A stretch of DNA of 64,000 nucleotides from positions 13,640,001-13,704,000 of the forward strand of contig OX597830.1 of the NCBI GenBank assembly GCA_951406725.2, in the 5' to 3' direction. The notes beneath the pieces were generated by a model. It saw only the letters and a list, made by a program, of their open reading frames with translations. It was not told the origin of the DNA and did no database searches. The first letter of the stretch is position 1. Each line of letters starts with the position of its first letter. This DNA is from Octopus vulgaris (lineage: Eukaryota). A program made the position numbers and the translations under genes. Positions 1 to 12,326 of the stretch are shown here, one piece after another.

Positions 1-315
1 TATATATATGTATATATGTGTGTTTATATATGATATATATATATACACACAATTATTCTATATGCTCGTTCATATTTGTATGTATATAATGTGTACACGC
101 ATGTTATATGTAGTTTACCTCAAGTACTTCTACCACACATGTAACGACACACAATATCATATATTGATATATCACAATATACATATTCATTAGATAATAT
201 GTTGCCCACATATAAAATATAGATCTTATGTTGTAATGTATATAAAAGTTAATGTACGTTTATACACACACACATACACACACACACACACACACATATG
301 TAATCACATATTTGC

Positions 316-355
<40 letters not shown>

Positions 356-745
356 CCACCCACATACATGTATACGTATGTACATATATTTAAACATATA
401 CATATATGTGCTTGTATGTGTGTTTGTGCATCTGTCTATCTTTCTACCTTTCTCTCTACAGATGTGTATGCGCACTCTTACACATGCATTTGAGTGCATA
501 TACATACATACATACATACATACATACATGCATCTATCTATATATATATATACATTTATACAATATATTAAAATGCACACATAATTATACATGGATATAT
601 ATACATATATATATATATATAGCTTATCACATATATCTACCTGTATGTGTGTATGTGTGTGTGTGTGTGAGTGAAAATGCGTATGTATGATGTGTATGTG
701 TGTATGCAAGTGAATATATGTGTACATGTATGTGTGTGAGAGTGT
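1..745. repeat. Compound (TA)n/(CA)n/(TACA)n microsatellite-rich low-complexity region
   Basis: Runs directly visible; they explain the YI/HT/CV ORFs. Confidence 0.9.
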
Positions 746-1336
746 GTACGGATGTATTCTCCGACCAACTCATTTGTTGTTATGTTTAAGGGCAGATCAT
801 TAATTAGAAAATATTATGAGCCGAGATGCGAGAAAATTAAATGCATGCATAAAAAAAAATGTGAAATGTAAAAAAAAAAAAAAAAAAAATAATAAATAAA
901 TATATAAAAAATGATAAATATGGTGGAAAAGGAAAGTGGGAGAGAGAAAATAGAGAAGGAGCAACCAAAGAAAAGGCGCGAATGAAAGAGTGAAAGGAAG
1001 AGAGAAGAGAGAGAGAGAGAGAGAGACGAAAAAGAGAAAGAAATATAGAACATGTGATATGAATGACTGAGAAACGGTTTGCAAATTCTCTCGCCGTATC
1101 TCCATAGATTGAATTGCTTATTTAGGTTAGAGAAGAAGGAAAATCGTATAAGTTAATTACAGCAAGAAAATCAATTCAGAATTCTTATTAATACGTTGTG
1201 GGGAAAAAAATAGTCTTAATTTGAGTCCATTTATGGCAATGCCAAGCTTGTCTCTCTTCACTAGATTAGAATGTTTGTTGTTTGCTTAGAACAAGTATTC
1301 ATTATATACACATATATCTATATCTATATTTATATA

Positions 1337-1454
<118 letters not shown>

Positions 1455-1830
1455 ATATATATATATATACACATATATGTATGTGTGTGTGTCTATATAC
1501 CCCGTACATATATATATATCTATCTACATACCTTCTGTGTATATATGTATGTGTCTATCTGTGTGCTTAAATATACATTTACACACACACACAAACACAC
1601 ATACACGCATGCATATATGCATATATGTATGTATGTGTGTGTGTGTATCTCTCTCATTGTCTGTCTCTGTCACTATACATGTATGCGTATGTCAGTGTAT
1701 GTGTGTATATACCTCAAAATATTTATTTGAGTGGGGATGCAATCATATACTAAGATATAAGATTTATTAAAACCTCTCAAATTGAAAGCAGCAAGAAACA
1801 AAACAGCGACGAAGAAAAAGACCAAGAAGA

Positions 1831-1874
<44 letters not shown>

Positions 1875-1977
1875 ATAATAATCCTTTCTTCAATGTTCAC
1901 ATGGGCGCATATATACAATACAAAACTTGTTATTGAAAGGAGTGGGGGCACTACAAAACTGTTGTGTGTGTGCGTGC

Positions 1978-2032
<55 letters not shown>

Positions 2033-3540
2033 TATCTATAATGAAAAGGTATTAAAATTGTAAAAAGTGTAATACAGGTTAAATGTGAAATGCAATATAA
2101 GCAAGCCATGGTCAAAAACGAGGGTACCACATAAATATGACCACTGTCCGTTTGATCATCTAAAATTGGGTGCATTTTTTTTTACGCACTTCGTTAAATG
2201 AAATAGGCCATGATTATCCGTTCAAATCACCAAATACAGTCTGCAGGATTGAGCGTGTTTTCGGGTAGGACTTCTACCATTTTGCTTACCTTCGTTTAGG
2301 ATCACGTAATTTTTTTCTTTTAATCCTTTAATCTTTTTTGCCTTATTCTTCGTACTCCACCATGTTCCAATCTCCAAATCTGCACTGCCACATGGTACGA
2401 GAATAATCGCATTGTCTCTGGGATTTTCTGTTCCAGGTGGCGACTTTAAACAGGTTGCACGGAGAATGAGGCATTCTGTCCACGGATCTGCGGACAGCAG
2501 GCTCCATAAACAGCAGTAACAGTTACCGTTTATTCACCTTGAACACCTGTTGTAGTTGTCACTGCTATTTCTGCTGTTTATAACTTCTTTTTACTGCTTT
2601 CTCTCGCCAGAAAGACTTCAAATGGACCTTATTATTGAAAGTGTATCAAGTGGTATTTGGCTCTGCATCTTCTCTCTGATCCTTCAATTTGATCAAGAAG
2701 ATTCAGCGGGCGTTGAGCTGAACAGAACTCTCACCCTACTTCAAAGTATCTCAGTGTTTCTCACCGCGCTCATCTCATGTCCGTTCCGCTTCAAAGAGTG
2801 ATGAGAAACGAAAAGTCAACGTCTATATCAATATTTCCGGTCGTGGCCCTCATATTCCTGAGAGACACATAATCTGGCACTAATCTTATGGGCAGACGAC
2901 ATGTAGCACACTACTTTTACTCGGCTCCTTACCTGATTTACAAAGAACAACCCAATCACGCACTTCTATAGACCCTTTCCTGGTTAAATAAGCGCACAAT
3001 CTATCACATATTGGCCAAAGCTTCTTCTAGATTCTCTTTCAAGGGCATATAAAGCTCCCCCATAGCTCGAAGAGCAGAGATATCTCATTTTCATTTTCGT
3101 TCCTTCCTGAGTAAATTACTGGGGTATGGAAGCACTGAATTTTCTGTCATAATTCGTCAATTCTTTCTCATACACCTTGAACTGGCCCAACTAGAACTGC
3201 TCGCCTTTATTCTCATCTCTTGCAAAAAATGGAATGCTTTTGCTGGTGATGCTGGAATTAACATTGCTGTTCGTTCTGTTACGTTCATTTAAATTAATCC
3301 TGCGGCGGTATTCTTCTATGAATATTCCATTCAACAACTTTGTTTAAGCTTGGAAATTGTCAGTTTCATTTATTCATTTATTTTTTAAAAGCTAATTTTT
3401 TTTTTTACGCTTGAAAATAATTTGAGGTACAATTTTTTTTTTTATCATTGAAACTGCTACTACTACTAGTCATTGTGGTGACCACATGCGAAGCCAATAC
3501 GAATTACTAATAAAGGCAAAAATGGCTGTTTTGTCTTCCT

Positions 3541-3574
3541 TTCTCTCTCTGTCTCTGTCTGTCTGTCTGTCGGA

Positions 3575-3616
<42 letters not shown>

Positions 3617-3627
3617 CTATCGATCTG

Positions 3628-3698
<71 letters not shown>

Positions 3699-3715
3699 CT
3701 CTATCTATCTATCTA

Positions 3716-3806
<91 letters not shown>
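3541..3806. repeat. (CT)n/(TCTA)n/(TCTG)n microsatellite
   Basis: Directly visible. Confidence 0.95.
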
Positions 3807-3807
<1 letters not shown>

Positions 3808-4344
3808 ACCAGTTAAAAATCTCTAACACAAACCAAAGCAGGCGACACCTGCTCCTGTTTTGGCACTGTTACTCTACATATCACTGGCGGAGAGATGAGT
3901 CGCTGCTGCCTCTAGTGACAAGACCAAGGAAGGTCGAAATCACGTGACCTGGTGGTCTCGGCGGTGGGGCTGGCGGAGATCTATCTCTCCGCTTTCGATA
4001 TAAACAAGAGTGCAATTTGCATCAAAAGTCAGTATGAGAGTTTCTTTCGTGGTATCTACCGCAGTACGGTTTGTTCTAACAGAGCACTGTAATAATATTG
4101 GCTCTGTCGCTAAGATATATTTTTTTTGAGAGATTTTATGTTTCTCCCTGTACGGAGTAAACACCCAGCCCGGTGTAGGATGTTCTCTGTTGAAAAGTAT
4201 CCACAAACGCTGTTCCACTTATACTTGGTGAAATGCAAAATCTAAAAATCAGCAATAACGTTAATAGTTGTCTCTTGGGATCTCCCGGTGAGACTTGGTG
4301 TTAACTTATACAAATACAAAGCAAAAACCAAATATAAAAAAAAT

Positions 4345-5056
<712 letters not shown>

Positions 5057-5610
5057 GCTCTGATGCAGTACCAGGTAGTGGCTCTCATGGCTTCTGATCT
5101 TAACTGATTGGAAGTGTTATCATGTACATTGTTTTGTCTTGGTATAAAAGATGGGCTACAGTAAATATTCTGCTCAATAGCACAGATTTGCTTGTAACTT
5201 ATTTGACCTTAACCAGTTGACCATGTCCCTTAGTGGCTGACGATATGTGCATCTCTGATCACGACTAGAAGTAGTGGGGGAGCATCATAGCCATGTGTTG
5301 GGAGCAATTCTTTGGGGTTTGGATAATTCACCTTTGGAAACATGGGTGTTTCGTTTAACATCCTGAAACAACCCTTATTCAAGGACATTTTGAGTGGGAT
5401 GAGCCACTCGACCTGAAGAAAATTCTAATTGGGCCCCACCTACAAGGTCATGTGCTATTTATCTTTATATGAGATCACCATGTCGCACACATATGGTTGT
5501 AATGCATGTGCCTGGTGTACCCTTATCAGACGGGTAGTCATGATGGGTATACTGAGATTCGTATATTTTACCCCAGGGTCACTGTGTTGACATGTACTGC
5601 TCTCTCACTC
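5057..5610. mobile_element. ~555-bp interspersed repeat embedded in (AAT)n, class unknown
   Basis: Complex sequence abruptly flanked by (AAT)n on both sides; recalled as a common octopus repeat; no ORF. Confidence 0.55.
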
Positions 5611-5649
<39 letters not shown>

Positions 5650-5659
5650 TTTTTTGTAC

Positions 5660-5965
5660 TATAGGCACAAGACCTCAAACTTTGGGCTTGTCAATTACAT
5701 CGCCACTTCTACGTAACTGGTACCTATTTAATCGACCCCGAAAGGGTGAAAGGTCCAGTCGAATTGTTTATATTACGCACAAACGCAGCAATGTTGAGGG
5801 GGGTTGTAGTCAATATAATCGATCCCAATATTTGATGCTTTAGTTTATCGACTTCGAAGGAATGAAAGATAGAGGTCGCTTCGGAGAGATTTGAACTCAG
5901 AACGTTCAAGAATCGAAACAAACGCCGCAAGGCAATTTTTCAGGTACTGTAAGAATCCTGCCAAT
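5660..5965 (-). mobile_element. Two degraded SINE family B fragments
   Basis: 'ttaatcgaccccgaaagggtgaaagg' and 'gatttgaactcagaacg' match the copies at 22867 and 52823. Confidence 0.7.
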
Positions 5966-6240
5966 TCTTTATGCGATGAAAATCTGTCCGTCTGTCTCAG
6001 CAAATGAGAAAACTGCGATAGTTTACGCGGGTTACTTCCTTTTGTATTTCATAAAAATATTCGCCGTCGATTTTGTAACACCCGTTCTTCACCAGTATCA
6101 TGGACGTTCATTTTCAAAAGAATGGCTATACCTTCCCGAACACATTCGCTACAATTAATTAACATCGACAGAAGATTTATCTATTGCGTTGGTAGAATCT
6201 CTTTCTCTCTCCCCATATATATATATATATATTTAACGTA

Positions 6241-8475
6241 GGATAAAAAATCTTTTTTCCCCCCCAAAAAATTATCAATGGCCAGCGTATTAAAAAATAC
6301 CTTTAAAGGTTAAATTTATAAACAACTTATAAATTGAGGGCAAACGAAAGAATTTTTAATGCCAAATATGCCAAAATTTCACACATTGTCCATAACCATA
6401 TAATTTTTCACAATACGCACGCTACTCAAAAAAAGGTCGACAGAAATTTCTAAAAAATTCCATTATTACCATATCGGACTGATTTCAGGGTTAGTTCGTA
6501 AGAACCCTCCCTTCGTCAGTGATAAATGTGGCAAAGAAATAAATGAGATACTTACTCATACCCATGGAAGAAGTAAATACTAAATCATGAGCACAACTAA
6601 GTACCCCAAATACATCCAAAATAGAAATACTTCAGCCCATTCAAGACACGTGCGATTTGAAATGAGACTCTCACAGAGTGAGAGTCCGGAAGTGAACCCT
6701 ATCAAATTTATATTTAATGGAGGATAATTTTTTTTTCCGAAAAAAAAATTATCAATGGCCAGCATATTAAAAAATACCTTTAAAGGTTAAATTTCGTTTG
6801 CCCTCATTTATAAGTTATTTTTCGGAAAAAAATTACACGAACTCTCCAAAATCGGTGGAGGTTTCTACCGAGATGATACTTTTCTACCAGCAGTGTGTAA
6901 TCACGCCCATTCTTCCTTTCAAACAGTAAAGAAATTATTGATATATTTTTCCAAACTTTTAACTTATCTATCTTATTTGAAAAGGAAATAAAGGCCACAA
7001 ATTTACCGGATTTCAAAAGATAAATCGGAGCATTGACACATATCCAATCTCCCGCATTCCGTTAGGAATAGTTTAGATATAAATATTTCTATATGGGTTT
7101 CTAGCCTTTATTGCTAATAACAAATACTGCTATATATTATAATGCATTTTGCGTAGCAATATGGAAAATTTTTATTTCTCATTAATAAAGGTATTGTTAT
7201 GGACACGAATACTATTCTTGACCGAATTGTCCATCCGATATGAAAGCATGTACTATTATCAGTATTAACAACACACTTGTTCAACAAGTTCGCATGAGCA
7301 CAATCTCCATCAAGAGGACAGTTCCTCTTAGATTTACAGTTACATCTCTCTGCGATATAATGAGGCCTTTAAACGAGTGGTTCTAAGGATACGGTTTCCT
7401 ACATTGACAACATGCAGTTTAAACGAGCACCCTACGTTAACACTAATCGGAATTCTGTGAATACGACGAATACGTTAAGCTGTAATAAAATTAAGTCAAA
7501 TACCAACACTAAGGCAACTCACATAAATTTACTTAAACTAATAGCACTAGAGCTAGACAGGGTACCTACACCACTAAAATAAGAGCAGTTATAATCAATT
7601 AGCAAAGAAGAAGGAAACTAGATCTCGTAATTTCAAGAACATCAACGTTTCTATTATGAAATGGAAAACTGGGACATGTCCAACTAATAGTTGTACCAAA
7701 AAAAGTAGTAAGCGTCAAATCTGCTGACATAATCCTCTCAAAATATCAAATCTTTGATTTCGAAAGTCTTATGAATGTTTGGAATGAACTTTCACAAATA
7801 CTACGGAATTTTAATAGAAACAAAATTAAATTCTCATCTCCCGTTACAAGCCACCTTAGAAACAATTATAGCAGCCTTTATCTGAAAAAAAAAGAAAGTA
7901 TTACTGCGTTTAACCTGTACTTAAACAATAGTCTAATATAGTTTCTCATTATTCTCAGCCTACGACTAAAGTTTAGACGGGTAAGGTTGCTATGATGAAA
8001 ATCTAGACAGGGTTATCTAACAACACAACTATAAACTGGAGCAATATCGAAATTGATAACCTAACCTCAATTCCTACTGCTAACATATAACGTATACAAG
8101 CCAACGAAGTAAGTACATTCGAGCTACATAGCACAAATGCTAGGACTTTTAAACTATCGTTCAGACTCCATCGCAGAAAGATGTAACTGTAAATCTAAGA
8201 AGAACTGTCCTCTTGATGGAGATTGTGCTCATGCGAACTTGTTGAACAAGTGTGTTGTTAATACTGACAGTAGTACATGCTTTCATATCGGATGGACAAT
8301 TCGGTCAAGAATAGTATTCGTGTCCATAACAATACCTTTATTAATGAGAAATAAAAATTTTCCATATTGCTAAGCAAAATACATTTCCTTCCTAAAATCC
8401 AAAACATAGTTATATTAATTGGTTTTTGTAGCGGTAACGATACCAAAGCAGGTAGATAGTAAATCGTAAGCATAA
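6241..8475. mobile_element. Rearranged Penelope-like retroelement remnant (Naiad-type, CxCx5C linker plus GIY-YIG endonuclease)
   Basis: + strand: RQIC*HNP (7713), FNRNKIKFS (~7811), CNCKSKKNCPLDGDC...FHIG (8182-8290). Inverted copy of the endonuclease segment at 7155-7356. pLTR-like direct repeats 6241-6317/6722-6794. HHR at 6472-6524. Confidence 0.75.
6472..6524 (-). ncRNA. Type I hammerhead ribozyme-like motif
   Basis: Minus strand: uauca CUGACGA aggg-agg-guuc-uuac-gaac-uaa-cccu GAAA uca GUC cgaua; stem II pairs, stem I has one mismatch. Confidence 0.65.
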
Positions 8476-8528
8476 GCTAAAATCAACCTTCCAGCATTTG
8501 TGGAGAAAATAGATGATATTATTTACAT

Positions 8529-8985
8529 GGACGCAGGCATAGCTGTGTGGTTAAGAAACTTACTTTGCAATCATGTAGTTTCAAGTTTAATCATGCTGAA
8601 TGTCTTCTACTATGGAAACTGTATGGAAGCCCAACTACATGGCTTCTTGTTCAGTCCCACAGCTGGGCACCTTGGTAACTGTTTTCTGCTATATACCCTG
8701 GCTGATCAAAACCTTGTGTGGGCATTTGGTAGACGGAAACTGAAAAAAAGAAACCTGCCGTATGTATGTACGTATGTATGTATGTATGTATGTTTATACC
8801 TATGTATGTATGTATGTATGTATGTTTGTATGTATGTATGTATGTATGTATGTATGTATGTTTGTATGTATGTATGTATGTGTGTGTTTGTATGTATGTA
8901 TATGTCTGTGTGCGTGTATATATGTGTGTGTGTCTGTCTCCGTCACTGTTTGACAACCGGTGTTGATTTGTTTATGTCCCCGTAA
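8529..8985 (+). mobile_element. SINE family A, degraded, with internal (TATG)n
   Basis: 'tttggtagacggaaactgaaa' and 'ttgacaaccggtgttg' match other family A copies. Confidence 0.8.
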
Positions 8986-9599
8986 TGACAATAATTCATA
9001 GTTGGAATTTATGAATATTTTAATGAACCGTCACGCGCGTTTCCACAAATCAGCTTTCCTACGATCGTCATCTGTGTTCCTGGGACGATTACGGTACAAT
9101 CTGTAATATCCATGGACATCAGCTGGATTTTAGTACAACCATTCATTCCATGAGGCGTGATACACACACACACACACACACACACGCGCACAGAGACACA
9201 GACACAGATACACACAGACACACACGCACACACACACATATATACATACATATATATGGGGTGGGGTACATTTATCTATGCGAATGTATAAGTACCTATT
9301 AGTAGATGCGTATGAGCATTTACTTTTCCCTCTTTACAAGTCACTGGTTCTACAAATGTGACCAAGCTCATCGCGTTCCACGCAATTCCCCTTAACTCCT
9401 TCCCCTTTCTTCCTTCCTTTTTTTAAAGCTTTTGCCTTCTCTTTCTATCTTTAATAGGATCTTACATTCGGTTCTCCATTTTCTTTCCTTTACCACACTT
9501 CCACGTGCCTAATTGTTTTTATCTCCTCCATTTTGCGTTTCCCATTTCTCGTTTCTTTCTTATTTCATGCTTTTTCTTCCTTCAATTCTTGCTTTTTTC

Positions 9600-9981
9600 C
9601 CTCTTTTCCTCCTCGTCGTCCTCACCGCCGTCGTCGTCCTCCTCTTCCTCCCTCCCCTTTCCCCGTCCTTGCCCTCCTCCTCCTCCTTCTTCCACCTCCT
9701 TGTCCTCCTCCTTCTTCCACCTCCTTGTCCTCCTCCTCCTTGTACTTGTCCTCCTCCTCCTTGTACTTGTCCTCCTCCTCCTTGTACTTGTCCTCCTCCT
9801 CCTTGTACTTGTCCTCCTCCTCCTTGTACTTGTCCTCCTTCTTCCACCTCCTTGTCCTCCTTCTTCCTCCTCCTCATCGTCCTTGTCCTCCTCTTCCTCC
9901 TTCTCCTCGTCGTTGTCCTCTTCGTCCCCTCCACCTCCCCTCCCGCCTCCCCTCCTCCTCCTCCTCCTCCTCCTCCTCCTC

Positions 9982-10038
<57 letters not shown>

Positions 10039-10730
10039 ATCTTTTCCTCATTTTGGTCCTATTTCTCCTTCTAATCCCCCCGTTGCTCCTCCTTCCTTTC
10101 CTCTGCATCCTCTACCTCCTTATCTCTACCTTACCTTTACCTCCAGCTCCACTTCCTCCTTCTTTGTTCCTCCACTTCCACCTACACTTTTTCTCTCCCT
10201 CCTCCTTACTCTTCTTCTTTCTTCTCCGTTTCTTCTTTATTTCCCCTTCCTCCTACTCTTATTCCCCTTCCTTCTCCTTTTCTTCTTCATCTTTCTCTTC
10301 CTCCTACTCTTTTACTCATCCTCCTACTTTACCTCCTCTTCCTGCTCTTTCTTTTCTACTTCCCCTCTCTCTCCTCTTCCCACACTCCTTCTCCTCCCGT
10401 CCTCTTCCTCCTCCTCCTCTTCTTTCTCCTCCTCCTCCTCTTCTTTCTCCTCCTCCTCCTCTTCAATCTCTTCTTCCTTCTCTCCCTCCTTTTCTTTCTC
10501 TTCGTCTTCTTCCTCCTCTACTTCTCCCTCCTCCTCCTCGTCTTCTACCTCCTCTTCTTTTTCCTCCTCCCTTTTTTCCTCTTCCTGCTTCTCCTCCTCT
10601 TCCACTTCTTCCTCCTTCACCTCTTCCTCTTTGTCCTCTTCCTCCTCCTCCCCTCTCCTTCCGCCTCCTCTACTTCTTCCTTCTCTTTCTTCTTTGCCGT
10701 CTCCTCTTCCACTTCTTTCTCCTCTTCTTC
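9600..10730. repeat. Polypyrimidine/polypurine low-complexity tract with a 21-bp minisatellite and (CTA)n
   Basis: Almost only C/T on +; 'cttgtcctcctcctccttgta' about 5x at 9724-9835. Confidence 0.9.
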
Positions 10731-10762
10731 CAAACCAACACACGCACTCACACACACACATA

Positions 10763-10821
<59 letters not shown>

Positions 10822-11120
10822 ATATATATACTGTCAAATAGTCCCAAATGCATGGCCAGGTATTATGAAAACACAACGGCTATCGTAGATATGTTTGGTA
10901 AGTCTGTGTTTCTACGATTTTCACCTGTAATTCCAAAGTGACCAGAAAGAGAAAAAAAACGAACCGAAGACATCCCGATGTATTGGAAAATTAAATATTG
11001 GTTGTTGATAAATCGTTGCATTATTCACTTAATAATCCATCGTTGCTAAGCATATTGATATTGAGTGATGTACCTAAATTATGGAAGTAAAATATCTGCA
11101 TAAGGATATTTTGAGTTATA

Positions 11121-11333
11121 CTCTTTACTCTTTTACTTGTTTCAGTCATTTGACTGCGGCCATGCTGGAGCACCGCCTTTAGTCGAGCAACTCGACCCCG
11201 GGACTTATTCTTTTTGTAAGCCCAGTACTTATTCTATCGGTCTCTTTTTGCCGAACCGCTAAGTGACGGGGACGTAAACACACCAGCATCGGTTATCAAG
11301 CAATGCTAGGGGGACAAACACAGACATACAAAC

Positions 11334-11368
<35 letters not shown>

Positions 11369-11541
11369 CATATATACGACATACTTCTTTCAGTTTTCCG
11401 TCTACCAAATCCACTCACAAGGCATTGGTCGGCCCAGGGCTATAGCAGAAGACACTTGCCCAAGATGCCACACAGTGGGACTCAACCCGGAACCATGTGG
11501 TTGGTTAGCAAGCTACTTACCACACAGCCACTCCTGCGCCT
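11121..11541 (-). mobile_element. SINE family A (tRNA-derived head, internal microsatellite), full length, young
   Basis: Head ggcgcaggagtggctgtgtggtaag (A-box) and ggttccgggttgagtccc (B-box-like); tail caaatgactgaaacaagtaaaagag. Confidence 0.9.
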
Positions 11542-11952
11542 TATGTTGATCATTTTAAATATTATTGCAGAGGGAGGGAGTAGGAAATTATGTACGTCTT
11601 CAGGTCAGTAATGAAATCAATCTGATGAAATTTTAAAATATGGAAATATTGGAGTATCTGATGCTTGCTGAAGATATTTTCAGTTTTCACTTCAACAAAG
11701 ACATCATGCTGTTGAATGCTTGCCAATATATTTCTCAGCCAAACAAATTATCATGTTAATCCTCCATAGAAAGCTGTTTTATCTAAAGTTATTGCTTCAG
11801 CATAATGCAGCTGCTACAAATTTTAATGACCAGCTTACTGTTAAAAATGTTGCCAGTGAAAAATATAAGCATGCATATCCTGATGATGGATCTTTTAGAA
11901 CCGTGATTAAAGATAGGAACATTGCCTGCATAACTTCGTATTCTTATGTTAG

Positions 11953-12326
11953 GGTTCCGGGTTCAGTCCCACTGCGTGGCATCTTGGTCAAGTGTCTTCT
12001 GCTATAGCTCCGGGCCGACCAATGCCTTGTGAGTGGATTTGGTAGACGGAAACTGAAAGAAGCCTGTCGTATATATGTATATATATATATGTGTGTGTGT
12101 TTGTGTGTCTGTGTTTGTTCCCCTAGCATTGCTTGACAACCGATGCTGGTGTGTTTACGTCCCCGTCACTTAGCGGTTCGGCAAAAAAGAGACCGATAGA
12201 ATAAGTACTGGGCTTACAAAAAGAATAAGTCCCGGGGTCGAGTTGCTCGACTAAAGGCGGTGCTCCAGCATGGCCGCAGTCAAATGACTGAAACAAGTAA
12301 AAGAGTAAAGAGAAAGAGAGAGAGAG
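11953..12326 (+). mobile_element. SINE family A, 5'-truncated, 7-bp TSD
   Basis: Near-identical to the reverse complement of 11121-11495; 'atgttag' at 11946-11952 and 12327-12333. Confidence 0.9.

Noticed and set aside
2100-3480. Possible decayed DNA transposase on the minus strand
   Set aside because: Only a vague FEA..GH-like stretch; no convincing TIRs or motif series
3940-3995. CpG-rich patch with E-box CACGTG and a small hairpin as a promoter (similar patch at 58380-58465)
   Set aside because: No associated gene or transcript evidence; short motifs are expected by chance or from repeats
7725-7727. In-frame TGA in the Naiad-type PLE as possible selenocysteine
   Set aside because: It aligns to the Trp of the IW(F/Y)NPP motif (TGG>TGA). 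The linker cysteines are ordinary TGT codons and the element is decayed
11880-11920. CTGATGA as a hammerhead core (also 45832-45865 and 25432-25470)
   Set aside because: No correctly placed GAAA with paired stems
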